From the NCBI GenBank assembly GCA_964187785.1, contig OZ076409.1, forward strand, positions 66,404,001 through 66,468,000: a DNA stretch of 64,000 nt, written 5' to 3'. The DNA comes from Amphiscolops sp. MND2022 (lineage: Eukaryota). The notes under the pieces were generated by a model. It searched no databases, was not told the origin of the DNA, and saw only the letters and a list, made by a program, of their open reading frames with translations. Below, in pieces: positions 36,759-49,109 of this stretch. Within the stretch, counting starts at the first letter, position 1. Each line of letters opens with the position of its first letter. Both the position numbers and the translations under genes were made by a program.

Positions 36759-37775
36759 ATTTGGAATGAGTCTGGGAATGTCCATGGCCATCAAAGTTCG
36801 TAGTTTACCGAATGTCGTTCGTTGATCATGTACAATAATTTTATGGGTTCAAATATTGCTTATATTGTGTTTCATACCATTGGATTTACTGTAAATTTAC
36901 TACATATTCGTGCAGTTATGCAAATCGCAGATATTTAATTCAACAAATTCTATTAAATCTTTAAACCAATCAGTCTGCTACATATTTCAAGCTATATATA
37001 GTTCGCGGGGTGTTTCAATTTCAATGATTCTAGCGCCGGAAAAGTGACGTGTGCATAGAGTTAAAGTTAAAGATCAACAAATTTTTTAAAGCCAAAAACA
37101 GATACAAACGTTTAAATCGAATTGGATGAGCCAATTTTGGAGGGTAAAAATCAGCTATTGTTCAACCCGTTTTTTGAACGCTGGAAGTTCCTAAAAACTC
37201 CCGATGAGAAGTATTTGGGGCTGGGGAAAGAGTGGATTTTCCAACAAATGCCACAGGGCGCCTCTTCGAATTTCTTGGATATTTTAAATCTATGAGAATT
37301 TGCAGAAAGCCACTCTGAGCACATTGGTCCTGGCCTAAGTCACTCCTACCAAATCGGTTGTTTTTGTCATTGGAAAAATTGTTCATATGCTCGGTAGAAA
37401 TCTTTGCCGAACACTTCTGAAAGCAAACTTCATAATTTCTTCGTCATATGGTTGCGGGACACTAAGTATCTGAGCATTTATCATTTTAGGTTTAACGCTT
37501 TCTGTCCTACGCTAGGAAAATATTAGTTGCAACATTTTTCTCTGCATTGTTGCAATTTTGTTCAAATGATTTTTGTACATACTGCCATAGACAAGGCTTC
37601 CGTATTGTATATGTTTAATACAGAGACTGTAATAGAGTTGTGGGACTTCCTTGAAACAATTTGCCTCGCCTTTGGTACAATAACAATTGCTTTTGAGAAC
37701 TTTTTAAATATCCGATCAATTCGTTTACGCGAATCAACTCTCTAGGCAAAAGTCTTTTTGAGCCTATCTTGTTTT

Positions 37776-38245
37776 AAGTCGGCGCTTTTATAAATAAAAG
37801 AGCCCGACTATTACAGTCACTCGTTTTTTTTATTTAAGACAGACTCGAAGCGACGAACGTTAACGTTTTAACTAAAGGAAACTAAATACCAGGGAACGCA
37901 TGTAAATTATTCCAAAGGATCCCCCTTTGGTTTTTTTACTTTTTAAACGTTACCTACAAGCCCGGACGGGACTAAAGGGTCCCCCCTTTCGATTTTTTCG
38001 GCATTGTGCGACTTTTTTTCGAAATTTTTTTAATGTCCCCAAAGGGTCCCCCTTTGAGTTTTTTGTTATTTTGCTACAGAATGCGTGTTTATAAATCAAA
38101 AAGGGCCCCCTTTTACATTTTTCGGCACTGTGCGATATTTTACGAAAGAATTTTTTTCGAAAATTTCAAGTTTTTTTCCCAAAAAAATGTTTTGCGCTTT
38201 TTGAGCCTTAGATATAGCGCCGACTTGAGACGTTCCCGTCTTGTT
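37776..38245 (+). mobile_element. Complete HINE-like family-1 element
   Basis: 5' AGTCGGCGCTTTTAT...ATAAAAGAGCCCGACT stem-loop; 3' GCGCCGACT + hairpin GACGTTCCCGTC + TTGTT. Confidence 0.8.
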
Positions 38246-38663
38246 CGAAGTTATCACAAGATTTGTATCGTCTTCGAAGAAAGTTAGCATTGAATAAATA
38301 CAGAACTCCACCAGAATGTTTTATAAAGAACGAAGATAATTGAACCGATAATTGATCATTGCCGAACACCCCTAGTGATAGATCGAAAAGAGTGCTTCAG
38401 GACAATAATCCCTGTCAATCAGTTTCTCTAGTTCTTCTAAACTCTTGCATTAACTCTAAATCGCCATTTTCTTCATATTTTTCTATGTGGCAAAAATTGG
38501 TGACGTAAAAAATTAACAAGCTTTGAGGCTCTTGTCTTCCACAGTCTTGCCTCTTGTGTTGAGTTAATTGCGTGATCCATGAACACGACAGATTGGGTAT
38601 TAAGTATTTATTTCATGACAAGTCTTAAACTGATAAATGATGCAGTATTGTATTCCAGGTAGA

Positions 38664-40800
38664 ATGTCTTTTTCTAGGATAATTCAATTTGTGCAGACCA
38701 ATAAACTAGACTGCATCATCTTCACAGCACGTCTGTATACCATCTTCTCATGCATATTCTTTGTAGTACCCTTTTATGGTGCCGAGAGCATGCCCGTGTT
38801 CTACCAACGAGCCCTCCTCAGCAACGGACTCTCATGTGCCTTGCGTCTCCACCAGCGAATCCCCGTCGTTCAACTCAACCGCGAGTTCCTCGCCAGACTC
38901 GTGGCTGAAGACTCCGCCCACTACTTGATGTTCACGCTTCTCTTTCTAATGACGTCACCCGTCACAATTGGTGATGTCCATTTTCGAATGATTGAGTTTA
39001 GAGATAGTAAAAAATCAATGTTGCATTCGCTTAATGAGTGAATCTTTAGTATTGAGAAAAGTGTGAATAAGTACTCGAGTAAGAACTTATGAGTTTTAAA
39101 AGTCTGAGAGCGAAGCAAGATGAAATGTCAGAGCAGTTTATAAAGTTCTGAAACTGAAAAAAACTCGCAGGGTATTGAGAAAAAAGTAATCAAAAATGAC
39201 AGGCGTTGTTTCCACTATGTTTAGTATCCTTTGGGAATCAAAACTGCCTAGTTTAATTTTTATTCCGTTGTCGCTGGTGGTTGGTTTTTATCACTTGAAA
39301 AAAAATTGACACTTGGTATTTTGACAACTTTGACGTATCTCAATCGTGAAATTCGGTCACTTCTTGTGTAAAAATGCTGAAAAAATCTTTGATCCTATTT
39401 GTAAGCATCCGGATTAAACATCAATTCGCATGAAATATGATATCCGCTCATTAATTTTGTTGTATATTTTCTTGATCTCGAGAAACGAGTGTCCGGACAT
39501 TTTGCTTCTACTTCCTGTAACCAAAACAATCTCGTGATTTCTTCTGATTCTTGAAGTTTTTGCATTCTCTATAACCATATTTCAAATATTCATTCTTCCG
39601 TTTACAATTGCATATCAGTTAGTTAGGAGCCAGTTGAATGGACACCACGTGTTGCAATTAGTCCTGATCCCTCTGTTTCTTCTGGCTCTTTTCAATATAT
39701 CATACTTCATCCAGAAGAACGTGGGACAGGCCAGCAGTATCATGCTCCTCAACTCACTTGTGAACAAAGTTACAGCCAACAGTCAGTCCATTCTCAAGTT
39801 CATCGCTTTGAACGAGATCCTCATTTTTCCTGCCCTCATCATGATGCTATTCAGTGGCAAGTGCAATCTCTTGTCTCCCTTCATCTATTACAGGTTGGTT
39901 TTAATCAGTGTTGTTGAGAAAATGAAGCATGTTATTCACTCAAGTAATAAACCAGTCTCTGGTAAATCATTTGTCTGTATGGTCCAAAATAGTTGCAATC
40001 AACCCATGAAAATCCGGGAAGATGTTAAACATTTTCATTTTTGAAATCGTCTTTCTCATGGAGCTACTTCCAACTTTGAATTTCCAAGTTCAAAGGAGTG
40101 GAGATTTCAATTTTTGTAATCAGTGGGTTTCCTAAAATTTTACTGACTTAGGCAAATGATTGATGACGCGTTGTTTTTAGTCGGCTATTTTGCATAAGAA
40201 AAATACCAGATTCTTACAATTTCCACCTAGAAACTTTTTGAGCCAGCATTCAGTGGGGTACCGGCTTGTGACGTTCTCGTCTTATTGTTGATGAAATTTA
40301 CGTTCAAAACGTTAGGTTCAAGATGACAATGGTTTGTGCCATCCTGGTTTTAAGCTTTTTTCAGGTTAATTTTTTGGTCGGAATCAAAAATTTTATGCGC
40401 ATGAGTGGAAACTTAGTTCTCTTTTGAAGAGTGTTTTGAGCACTGCAATTTCAAATTGGTTTCTAATATTCAGTTGAGGCTTCCAAGTTGAAATTACTTT
40501 TTTTCACCACGGTGTCTTTTAGGACTCCGAGTTTTGATTTTCTTTAAACAACCATGAATTATATCTATATATCCTTTGACTCTTAAGTTTAATAACGTGA
40601 ATATTTGCAGGTTTCTCACATTTCGCTACAGTTCACAGCGTAATCCCTACAACCGAGTCATGTTCCAAGAACTTCGGATGGGTGCCCACCAACTTTTGTC
40701 CTCTCCCAGTTGTCCCGCCTTCTTGCGCAATATGGGCTACAGGGTCATTCAGACCATCTCAAATCTTGCACCCCCCATGGCTCCTCCACAGCAAAGATAG
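38664..40800 (+). CDS. TMEM33: Transmembrane protein 33 (TMEM33/Pom33 family), 3 coding exons: 38664-38970, 39662-39893, 40611-40800 (242 aa)
   Basis: QFVQTNKLD, FYQRALLSNGLSCALRLHQR, EDSAHYL, ILKFIALNEI, PFIYYR|FLTFRYSSQRNPY; GT-AG introns with compatible phases (1 and 2); 729 nt in total. Confidence 0.93.
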
Positions 40801-41384
40801 GGACACAATACCCCTCAAAAACCCCCCACTATGCAATGCATCAATGCTGACCTTTTCTACTTTCATCATACTACAGTGAAGTTGTAATTTTAATAATTTT
40901 AATGTTATTGCTCGATTAGAGCCCAGAGTATATTCCTTATCCTTGTATGATGAACAACAGCTCCCTCTATTCAGTATCCAATGCAGTTCCTTGCTGTTCA
41001 ACCCAAATTATGCTCTCAATTAAATTTTGATGTTAATCAAGTTTATGGAAAAAATTGTCTTATGTAAGCCCGTTTTTCATTCCAGTAAGAGAAGTTCGTT
41101 TTCGAGATAGAAGTTTCTTTACACTCGTGTCCTCTGGAAATGAATGAGTGTCTTGAACTTGAAGACCTCATGGGAAGCTCAAAGGGCAATACGTTTAGTT
41201 TGAGTTTTGTTCGAAACTACTTGTAACACAGAGGAAACAGTTGGCTAATTGGTAACTGGGCTAATGAACCCCTCGAAAAATTTTGTCAGTTTGTTCCAAA
41301 TAATGAAGCGGGTACACTAACTCATGTTTGCATTCTGTGGACAAAAAGCTTTTGTTATGTTGAGATAACTCATTGTAATGAAAA

Positions 41385-41851
41385 ACAAGCCGGGAACGGC
41401 TCAAGGCATAAAAGTCTACCGGGGACGTAGTTTTAGTATCATTTGAATATTTTTCGAAAATCTAAAAAATTTATTGTTCTGAAAACCTGACCCTAAAGCT
41501 TTACATTGGACGCAAATTGTGTGAAATTTTGGGGGGAAATCGATAGCGTTATACGAGAAATGAAAACGTTATATCCGAACTTTGAAAACGTTACATCCGA
41601 ACTTTGAAAACGTTTCATCTGAATTTATGTACGTGTACGTCTGAAAGTGCCGAAAAAATTGAAGTTAAAAACACCAAGGTAGCCAAAGAGGGACCCTTGG
41701 TAATTTTGCGAGGTTCTAATACGTTTTGTAGGTCCATAGTTTTCTTGTCTGCAAGTTGAGCAAAATTCATAAAAATTTATAAAATCTGTCGGTCTTAGAA
41801 AAATTGGCCACTATAGTCTTATAGTCTTCATCTCTGAGAGCGCCGACTAAA
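41385..41851 (-). mobile_element. Degenerate HINE-like family-1 element
   Basis: AACAAGCCGGGAACGGC at the left, AGCGCCGACTAAA at the right; internal 22-bp tandem repeat at ~41563-41622. Confidence 0.6.
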
Positions 41852-44800
41852 CGCAAGTGCAGGGGCACTGCTTTAATTTTTGTGTACTGGCACAAGACTC
41901 GTTCAGAGGGAAGCAGAATAACAATTATGAACTAAACAACGGGAACTTCTCAAATCCGCTCCCTTATTGAAGTTCGAAAAGCTGTTATTGATGATTACTG
42001 TAGAAAGTCTCTCGATGCCACAAATTACTGTTCGGGTTCAACAAGGCTTTTCCTGACTCAGCATGCAACAAAACCATGGAACACTTCTGTAAGGGTAGGG
42101 GCAATCTACTGAAAATCTTGTTAGAATTTCGAAAAAGCACAAACGGACCCTATGGGATTGGAAAGACTTTTTTCAACTCACTCCAAGTGCCGGAAAAGCG
42201 AAATGTGATCTAACAACAAAAATGGCCTTGTTCCGGAAGTTTGTTCAGTATTAGGAAAATTGTAAATCATGGGAAAATGGAAAACGCATATTTTTTCAGT
42301 ACTTTACATCTTACTAGAAAATTGAAATGACCCTTGAATTAAAAGCAGTCATGTGACAAAAAGAAACATAACTAAGGAACAGACACTTCAGAAAGTGTCG
42401 GTTCTCGTTGAATGTCTTTACTTACCTACAAACTAACATGCATATATGGTTCCAAAATAGCAACTTCAAAAGAAGTGATCCACCGCCCTCCCCTGGGCAA
42501 AATCTAAGCGGAAAAACTTGGTAATAACATGGTTCAGATCGAAGTAAGCCTGGAACGACCCTACTTGGCTCCACGCTGAAAGGTCAAAAACAAGATCTTA
42601 TATAAATGCTCAACAACTGTGCTGCAAATTTTCATCCATCTCACAATACCAAAAAAAGGGCTCCCTTCAAACTCGAAAACGCTTTTTTAAACTGAAAACA
42701 ACAAAAACGCTACTTTCAGGGGGGGATGAAAGAAAATTCATCAAAAAATTGTTTATTGCCAAAAACCTTGGAAGGGGGATGCTCCAGGGTATCAAAACCT
42801 TGGAAACATCAGAAAGGGACCCTAAGGTGATAAAGCTTTGAAGAATTGCACAGTACCAAAAAAACGAGGAGGGACCAAATGGTCTCGTCTGCATTTGCAG
42901 ACAACAGTTTAACACAGCGCCGTATTTGAAGCCACGTACACCCGACTCCTAGCACAAGTCACCGTTACCTACTAGAACATGTTAGTATTCTTCTGAAACA
43001 TCTAGTAGATTCAAGCAACAATCGTTGGGAAGGAATGGAAAAAGCCGCAACAAATCTACAATTTTCCATTTTTTACAAAATGCAGTTAATGACGGCTAGG
43101 GATGCTAATCCCGGACCACTATTCGTAATCCCGGGATTCGGGGTTAGCCAATGTCCGCTCCCGGGATAAACCCGGGAATAAAGATTATTTTTTGCGTCAG
43201 GAATTATCAATGTAAAAACAATATATTTGAAGATTTTTTATTTGCTTGTTTACCGTATGCAAACAATTGGATATCAAATTTATGGCGCGTCCTGTTTGTT
43301 AGCATGCTTCGCGAAGTAAAATTGTAGGATCTGCAGACCCGACAGAACTTCGTCTCCCAAGCGGTTTCTAACATTGGAAGCAAACAAGCCCGCAGCACTG
43401 AAGCAACGCTCTGCTTCCACCGATGTAGGACGAATGGTGTCCAGCCACTTTTCTACTTGAGTTAGAAACTTTCCTTTGGTGTTGTTAGTGTAGAAAAAAT
43501 AAAATTCCTTCTTAATCAAGTGCTCAATATCGCTTTGATACTCATTGCTCTTCATCATTGTCGTGTGCAGTTGTTGGCTTCTTATATAGTGTGTATCACA
43601 AACCGCAAGATGAATGCCGTGTGCCAAGCACAACTGCTGATATAGTTGACCACTCAGCAAGCAGCCAATTTATTTATTCATTGATGTACCGTCACACATT
43701 ATTGCAATAATGTCCTTGTCTAAGTTCAGTCCAAACTTTGCAAGGTGTTCCCTTAGTAGTTCGATGAGTTGCTCTGAGTTGCACAAGCCCACAATTCGAC
43801 CCAGTCCTATATGAAATTGGTCGTCGGCTGCGTGTATGTTGATTGCCAAAAAACGACGGTTCTTAATGGACGTCCACTCGTCAAACGACACCGAGACCCT
43901 TTTTTCTTGTTCCTTTCTTTTACTAATTTCTCGTGAGTAGTAGGCTTTAACGTTGTTGCCAAATAACATAACCTGTTCTTGTATACCGGTGTGATGTTGT
44001 AATGGTCGCTTAAACCCCCTTGCTAGAAGTCCTTGTCGAATATCATTAGAAGTAGCAAGAACATGGAAAGAAAGTCCGCCTTTAGCAACCATTCGAGCCA
44101 CAACTTTTGCAAGACTTTCTGCCTTACCTAAAGACAAAGTATGTATTAATATCTGTATATTTGGTTATACATACATACATTCATACACCATAGCTTACCT
44201 CCAAAAACAATGGTTTGTTGTTTCATTTACTTCGCTGGTGTTGGAGCACTTTCCTCAGTTACTGGCGGTGCAAGGATCTCGTTGTGTTTCGTTTTCATGT
44301 GAGTGTTGAGTCCCTTTGTGGAGCCCCCTCCGGTCTTCAATTCAGTCTCACAGTGGTTGCATTTCGCCTTACTGCCATCAGTATTGCGAAGGAAGTGGCG
44401 CCAGACCATTGAACTACCTAACCATTCTCGAAAGTCAAAGGCACCCATTGTATCTGAAATATTTGAAGTTGAAGCTTGAAACAAAAAGCGTTGAGAATTC
44501 CGGGATTTCCGAGATTGGAAGTCAATCCCGGGCGGGATTGGGTAGGGCAATTCGTACGGGATCCCGGGATTTCGGGATCCCGGGACTACATCCCTAAGGA
44601 CGGCCAACCTCAACAAAAATTACATGGCAAAAACCGTTTCAAAATTATTCCTTTGCCACTTTGACACTATCCTTACACTACATGAACCACAAATGTCGTG
44701 AACAACACAGAACACCACGGACAGACTTGCAAGTACTGGCTGACATTCGAAACAGACCAGCAGCACAGTTTTTATTGGGGAGACCTGTGATATGCAGTCG

Positions 44801-47800
44801 AACAAGGCGCCAAAATTGACATCTGATATCCGGCCAGTACATATTGTAGCTTCTTTTAGCAAACGTGACGACCACGGCAGGGAAGCCGAGAAAACAACAG
44901 TTAACTTAGAGCCAGACCGGAGCAATGCCAACTTTGTTGGTGGTTTCTCAACGACGCAAGCGCGATTGGAGCAACCATCTCTATGAATCTTGGCTACCTC
45001 GCTTCACGAATCTTGACACTTCATGTGACATTCGGATTCTCACCTTACATGCTGACGACTTCTATGGAAGAGCGCATTCGCTTAACAATCTCCCACCTTG
45101 AAGGTGTTTTCACAAGGCATATGTTGACCATATCCTAGCAAGTCAGCAAAGACGCATTAAACCCAGCAGCGCCAGCAACTGAGATTTAATTGTGCAATCA
45201 AAAGCAACGCCTATTGGCTGTGATACCTCGTGTGGTCTTTTTTCTAAAATTATCCTTCAAAGAGATCTCTGAACTTATTATACTAACGCGAGTCATATTC
45301 AAAGTTGTCTTTTTCCTTCCAGTAGAATTGGGCACCGGAACTATTCCTTTCGGCGGCGGCGTGAGGTCAAAAATCGATCTGCGGCAGCGGCGTCGCCAGC
45401 GTTGAAACAATAAGTTGACAACAGAAATTGTTTTTACAATCATTTCACATCAATAACAAAAATTAATTTACAATCATTACACATCAAAATGTCTTTGAAA
45501 AAAAAACAATTACAGTGTAAGAATTTTGCGAGGTTCTAATACATTTTGTAGGTCCGTAGTTTTCTTGTCTGCAAGTTGAACAAATTTTATAGAAATTTAT
45601 AAAATCTGTCGGTTTTAGAAAAATTAGCCACTATAGTCTTATAGTCTTCATCTCTGAGAGCGCCGACTAAACGCAAGTGCAGGGGCACTGCTTTAATTTT
45701 TGTGTACTGGCACAAGACTCGTTCAGAGGGAAGCAGAATAACAATTATGAACTAAACAACGGGAACTTCTCAAATCCGCTCCCTTATTGAAGTTCGAAAA
45801 GCTGTTATTGATGATTACTGTAGAAAGTCTCTCGATGCCACAAATTACTGTTCGGGTTCAACAAGGCTTTTCCTGACTCAGCATGCAACAAAACCATGGA
45901 ACACTTCTGTAAGGGTAGGGGCAATCTACTGAAAATCTTGTTAGAATTTCGAAAAAGCACAAACGGACCCTATGGGATTGGAAAGACTTTTTTCAACTCA
46001 CTCCAAGTGCCGGAAAAGCGAAATGTGATCTAACAACAAAAATGGCCTTGTTCCGGAAGTTTGTTCAGTATTAGGAAAATTGTAAATCATGGGAAAATGG
46101 AAAACGCATATTTTTTCAGTACTTTACATCTTACTAGAAAATTGAAATGACCCTTGAATTAAAAGCAGTCATCTGACAAAAAGAAACATAACTAAGGAAC
46201 AGACACTTCAGAAAGTGTCGGTTCTCGTTGAATGTCTTTACTTACCTACAAACTAACATGCATATATGGTTCCAAAATAGCAACTTCAAAAGAAGTGATC
46301 CACCGCCCTCCCCTGGGCAAAATCTAAGCGGAAAAACTTGGTAATAACATGGTTCAGATCGAAGTAAGCCTGGAACGACCCTACTTGGCTCCACGCTGAA
46401 AGGTCAAAAACAAGATCTTATATAAATGCTCAACAACTGTGCTGCAAATTTCCATCCATCTCACAATACCAAAAAAGGGCTCCCTTCAAACTCGAAAACG
46501 CTTTTTTAAACTGAAAACAACAAAAACGCAACTTTCAGGGGGGAAATGAAAGAAAATTCATCAAAAAATTGTATAATGCCAAAAACCTTGAAAGGGGGAT
46601 GCTCCAGGGTATCAAAACCTTGGAAAAATCGGAAAGGGACCCTAAGGTGATAAAATTTTGAAGAATTGCACAGTACAAAAAAAAACGAGGAGGGACCGAT
46701 TGGTCTCGTCTGCATTTGCAGACAACAGTTTAACACAGCGCCGTATTTGAAGCCACGTACACCCGACTCCTAGCACAAGTCACCGTTACCCACTAGAACA
46801 TGTAAGTATTCTTCTGAAACAACTAGTAGATTCAAGCAACAATTGTTGGGAAGGAATGGAAAAGGCCGCAACAAATCTACAATTTTCCATTTTTTTTACA
46901 AAATGCAGTTAATGACGGCCAACCTCAACGAAATTTACATGGCAAAAACCGTTTCAAAATTATTCCCTTGACACTATCCTTACACTACATGAACCACAAA
47001 TGTCGTGAACAACACAGAACACCACGGACAGACTTGCAAGTACTGGCTGACATTCGAAACAGACCAGCAGCACAGTTTTTATTGGGGAGACCTGTGATAT
47101 GCAGTCGAACAAGGCGCCAAAATTGACATCTGATATCCGGCCAGTACATATTGTAGCTTCTTTTAGCAAACGTGACGACCACGGCAGGGAAGCCGAGAAA
47201 ACAACAGTTAACTTAGAGCCAGACCGGAGCAATGCCAACTTTGTTGGTGGTTTCTCAACGACGCAAGCGCGATTGGAGCAACCATCTCTATGAATCTTGG
47301 CTACCTCGCTTCACGAATCTTGACACTTCATGTGACATTCGGATTCTCACCTTACATGCTGACGACTTCTATGGAAGAGCGCATTCGCTTAACAATCTCC
47401 CACCTTGAAGGTGTTTTCACAAGGCATATGTTGACCATATCCTAGCAAGTCAGCAAAGACGCATTAAACCCAGCAGCGCCAGCAACTGAGATTTAATTGT
47501 GCAATCAAAAGCAACGCCTATTAGCTGTGATACCTCGTGTGGTCTTTTTTCTAAAATTATCCTTCAAAGAGATCTCTGAACTTATTAAACTAACGCGAGT
47601 CATATTCAAAGTTGTCTTTTTCGTTCCAGTAGAAGTGGGCGCCGTAACTATTCCTTTCGGCGGCGGCGTGAGGTCAAAAATCGATCGACGGCAGCGGCGT
47701 TGAAACAATAAGTCGATAACAGAAATTGTTTTACAATCATTTCACATCAATAACAAAAAATGACTTACCATCATTTTACTTCAAAATGTTTTTTGAAAAA

Positions 47801-47820
47801 AAAAACAATTAAAGTGTAAG
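41702..47820. repeat. Tandem duplication, unit ~2.3 kb (41702-45521 including a 1.5-kb hAT insertion; 45522-47820 without it)
   Basis: Both copies start AATTTTGCGAGGTTCTAATAC and are highly similar; AATTTT microhomology at the junction. Confidence 0.95.
43097..44596 (-). mobile_element. Internally deleted hAT transposon with transposase remnants
   Basis: TAGGGATG...CATCCCTA ends; TSD ATGACGGC / AGGACGGC; empty site in the duplicate at ~46912; BED finger VWRHF..AKCNHC..TKGLNTHMKTKH, SFDEWTS, HLAVCD, PTSVEAERCFS; CCCGGGAT subterminal repeats. Confidence 0.92.
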
Positions 47821-47829
47821 AATTTTTGG

Positions 47830-48210
47830 TACTTGAACATTGCAACGGACAAACTTGATTGCCTTTCGTCCATCAATAGTCCTGAAGCGGCCCAGACATG
47901 GTGCTACTGTTGCTGGAATTGCAAAAACAGCTCTAGCCAATTTTGCCATAATATGATATTTTGATTGAATGGCTTTTCACCAATCCAGTACATTCATGTC
48001 GATTTTATCAGCGCCCAGTATTGGCGACATAAAGGATGAAACACCCGTTTCGAAGCTAACATCAGTTGACCTCAGATGCTTTTCCAATAACATGCTTCTC
48101 CAATGATCCTTGCTTCACAAATGTAATCACCATGTCTGCAACTGGAATCAAATTGCCAGATTTACCTATACTTACTTCAGTTGATCTTTTTCGCAAGAAA
48201 TCAACTACAG
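47830..48210 (-). pseudogene. Decayed hAT transposase C-terminal dimerisation domain
   Basis: Minus strand reads MNVLDW*KAIQSKY, then AKLARAVFAIPAT and SGLLMDERQSSLS across frameshifts. Confidence 0.6.
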
Positions 48211-48228
48211 TTTTGCCTTGTTTGCTAA

Positions 48229-49109
48229 TTACACTTGCGATAAGCAAGTGTTATGGGAGAGTGCGGGTGCTTTTTTTGCGCGCGACAACTCTCTCGTTTC
48301 AGACCGCAAGTCGCATAGTCTGAATTTGTGGCCGTGGCAACTTCTGGCAGTTGGCCAACTTCCAGCACTTGTCGCAACTTCTGGCACTTGGCATAGAGGT
48401 TCATTAGGATTATTTGAGGTCTGCCAAGCAGAAGGACATGGGTTCGAGTCTCGCCCTTGACCAAAATTTTTTGTGCATGTTATTTCGGCTTTGTGACTTT
48501 TTTTCGCAATTTTTTTTTCATGTCACCAAAGATTCCTCACTTCATTTTTTTGGTATTTTGCAACAGAACGAATGTTTAAAAATCCCAAAGGGTCCCTTCT
48601 TTCAGATTTTTCGGCTATGAGACTGTTGAAAATTCTCATAGCCCAGCACGCTACATCCGATTTTTGTTTTTTTTTTGAAGACCGCTGTTTTTTCTATGTG
48701 ACTATTTTTCTAATTTGTTTTCATCAAAGTCCCCTCAATTTTTACTAGAAACGAAACGTTTTGCGAGCATAAAGCACTGCTCAAGGTTTTCGGCACTATG
48801 CGACATGCCGGAGACCTTCATCAAAAAAATTTTCGAAAAATTTCGAAAATTTTTTTTCCTCAATTTCTGTTTTTTCAAAGGTTTACGGTTGAAAAAGATG
48901 GGTTTTCTGTTGTTTCCAGTTGTAGAAGAATTGTTTTCGAGATTCATGGGTATCCCTTTGGGATTTTTTGACGCTGTAAAATTGATGAAACTTTAACAGT
49001 AATGTCCTTTTACCCTTGGCTCTCCGTATGATATTGCTTATTTGGGTTTCTTCAAAAGTTCGCAACTTTCTTCGCAAGTGTTTGCGAAGCACGGCTTCGC
49101 CTCTGTGTA
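48229..49109 (+). mobile_element. Helentron/Helitron2-like family-2 element carrying the family-1-type tRNA-like segment
   Basis: Same termini as 28222-29210; internal GAGGTCTGCCAAGCAGAAGGACATGGGTTCGAGTC at ~48416-48450. Confidence 0.7.

Noticed and set aside
44620..45443. Short ORFs repeated at 46960-47708
   Set aside because: Recurrence is explained by the tandem duplication; no domain recognised.
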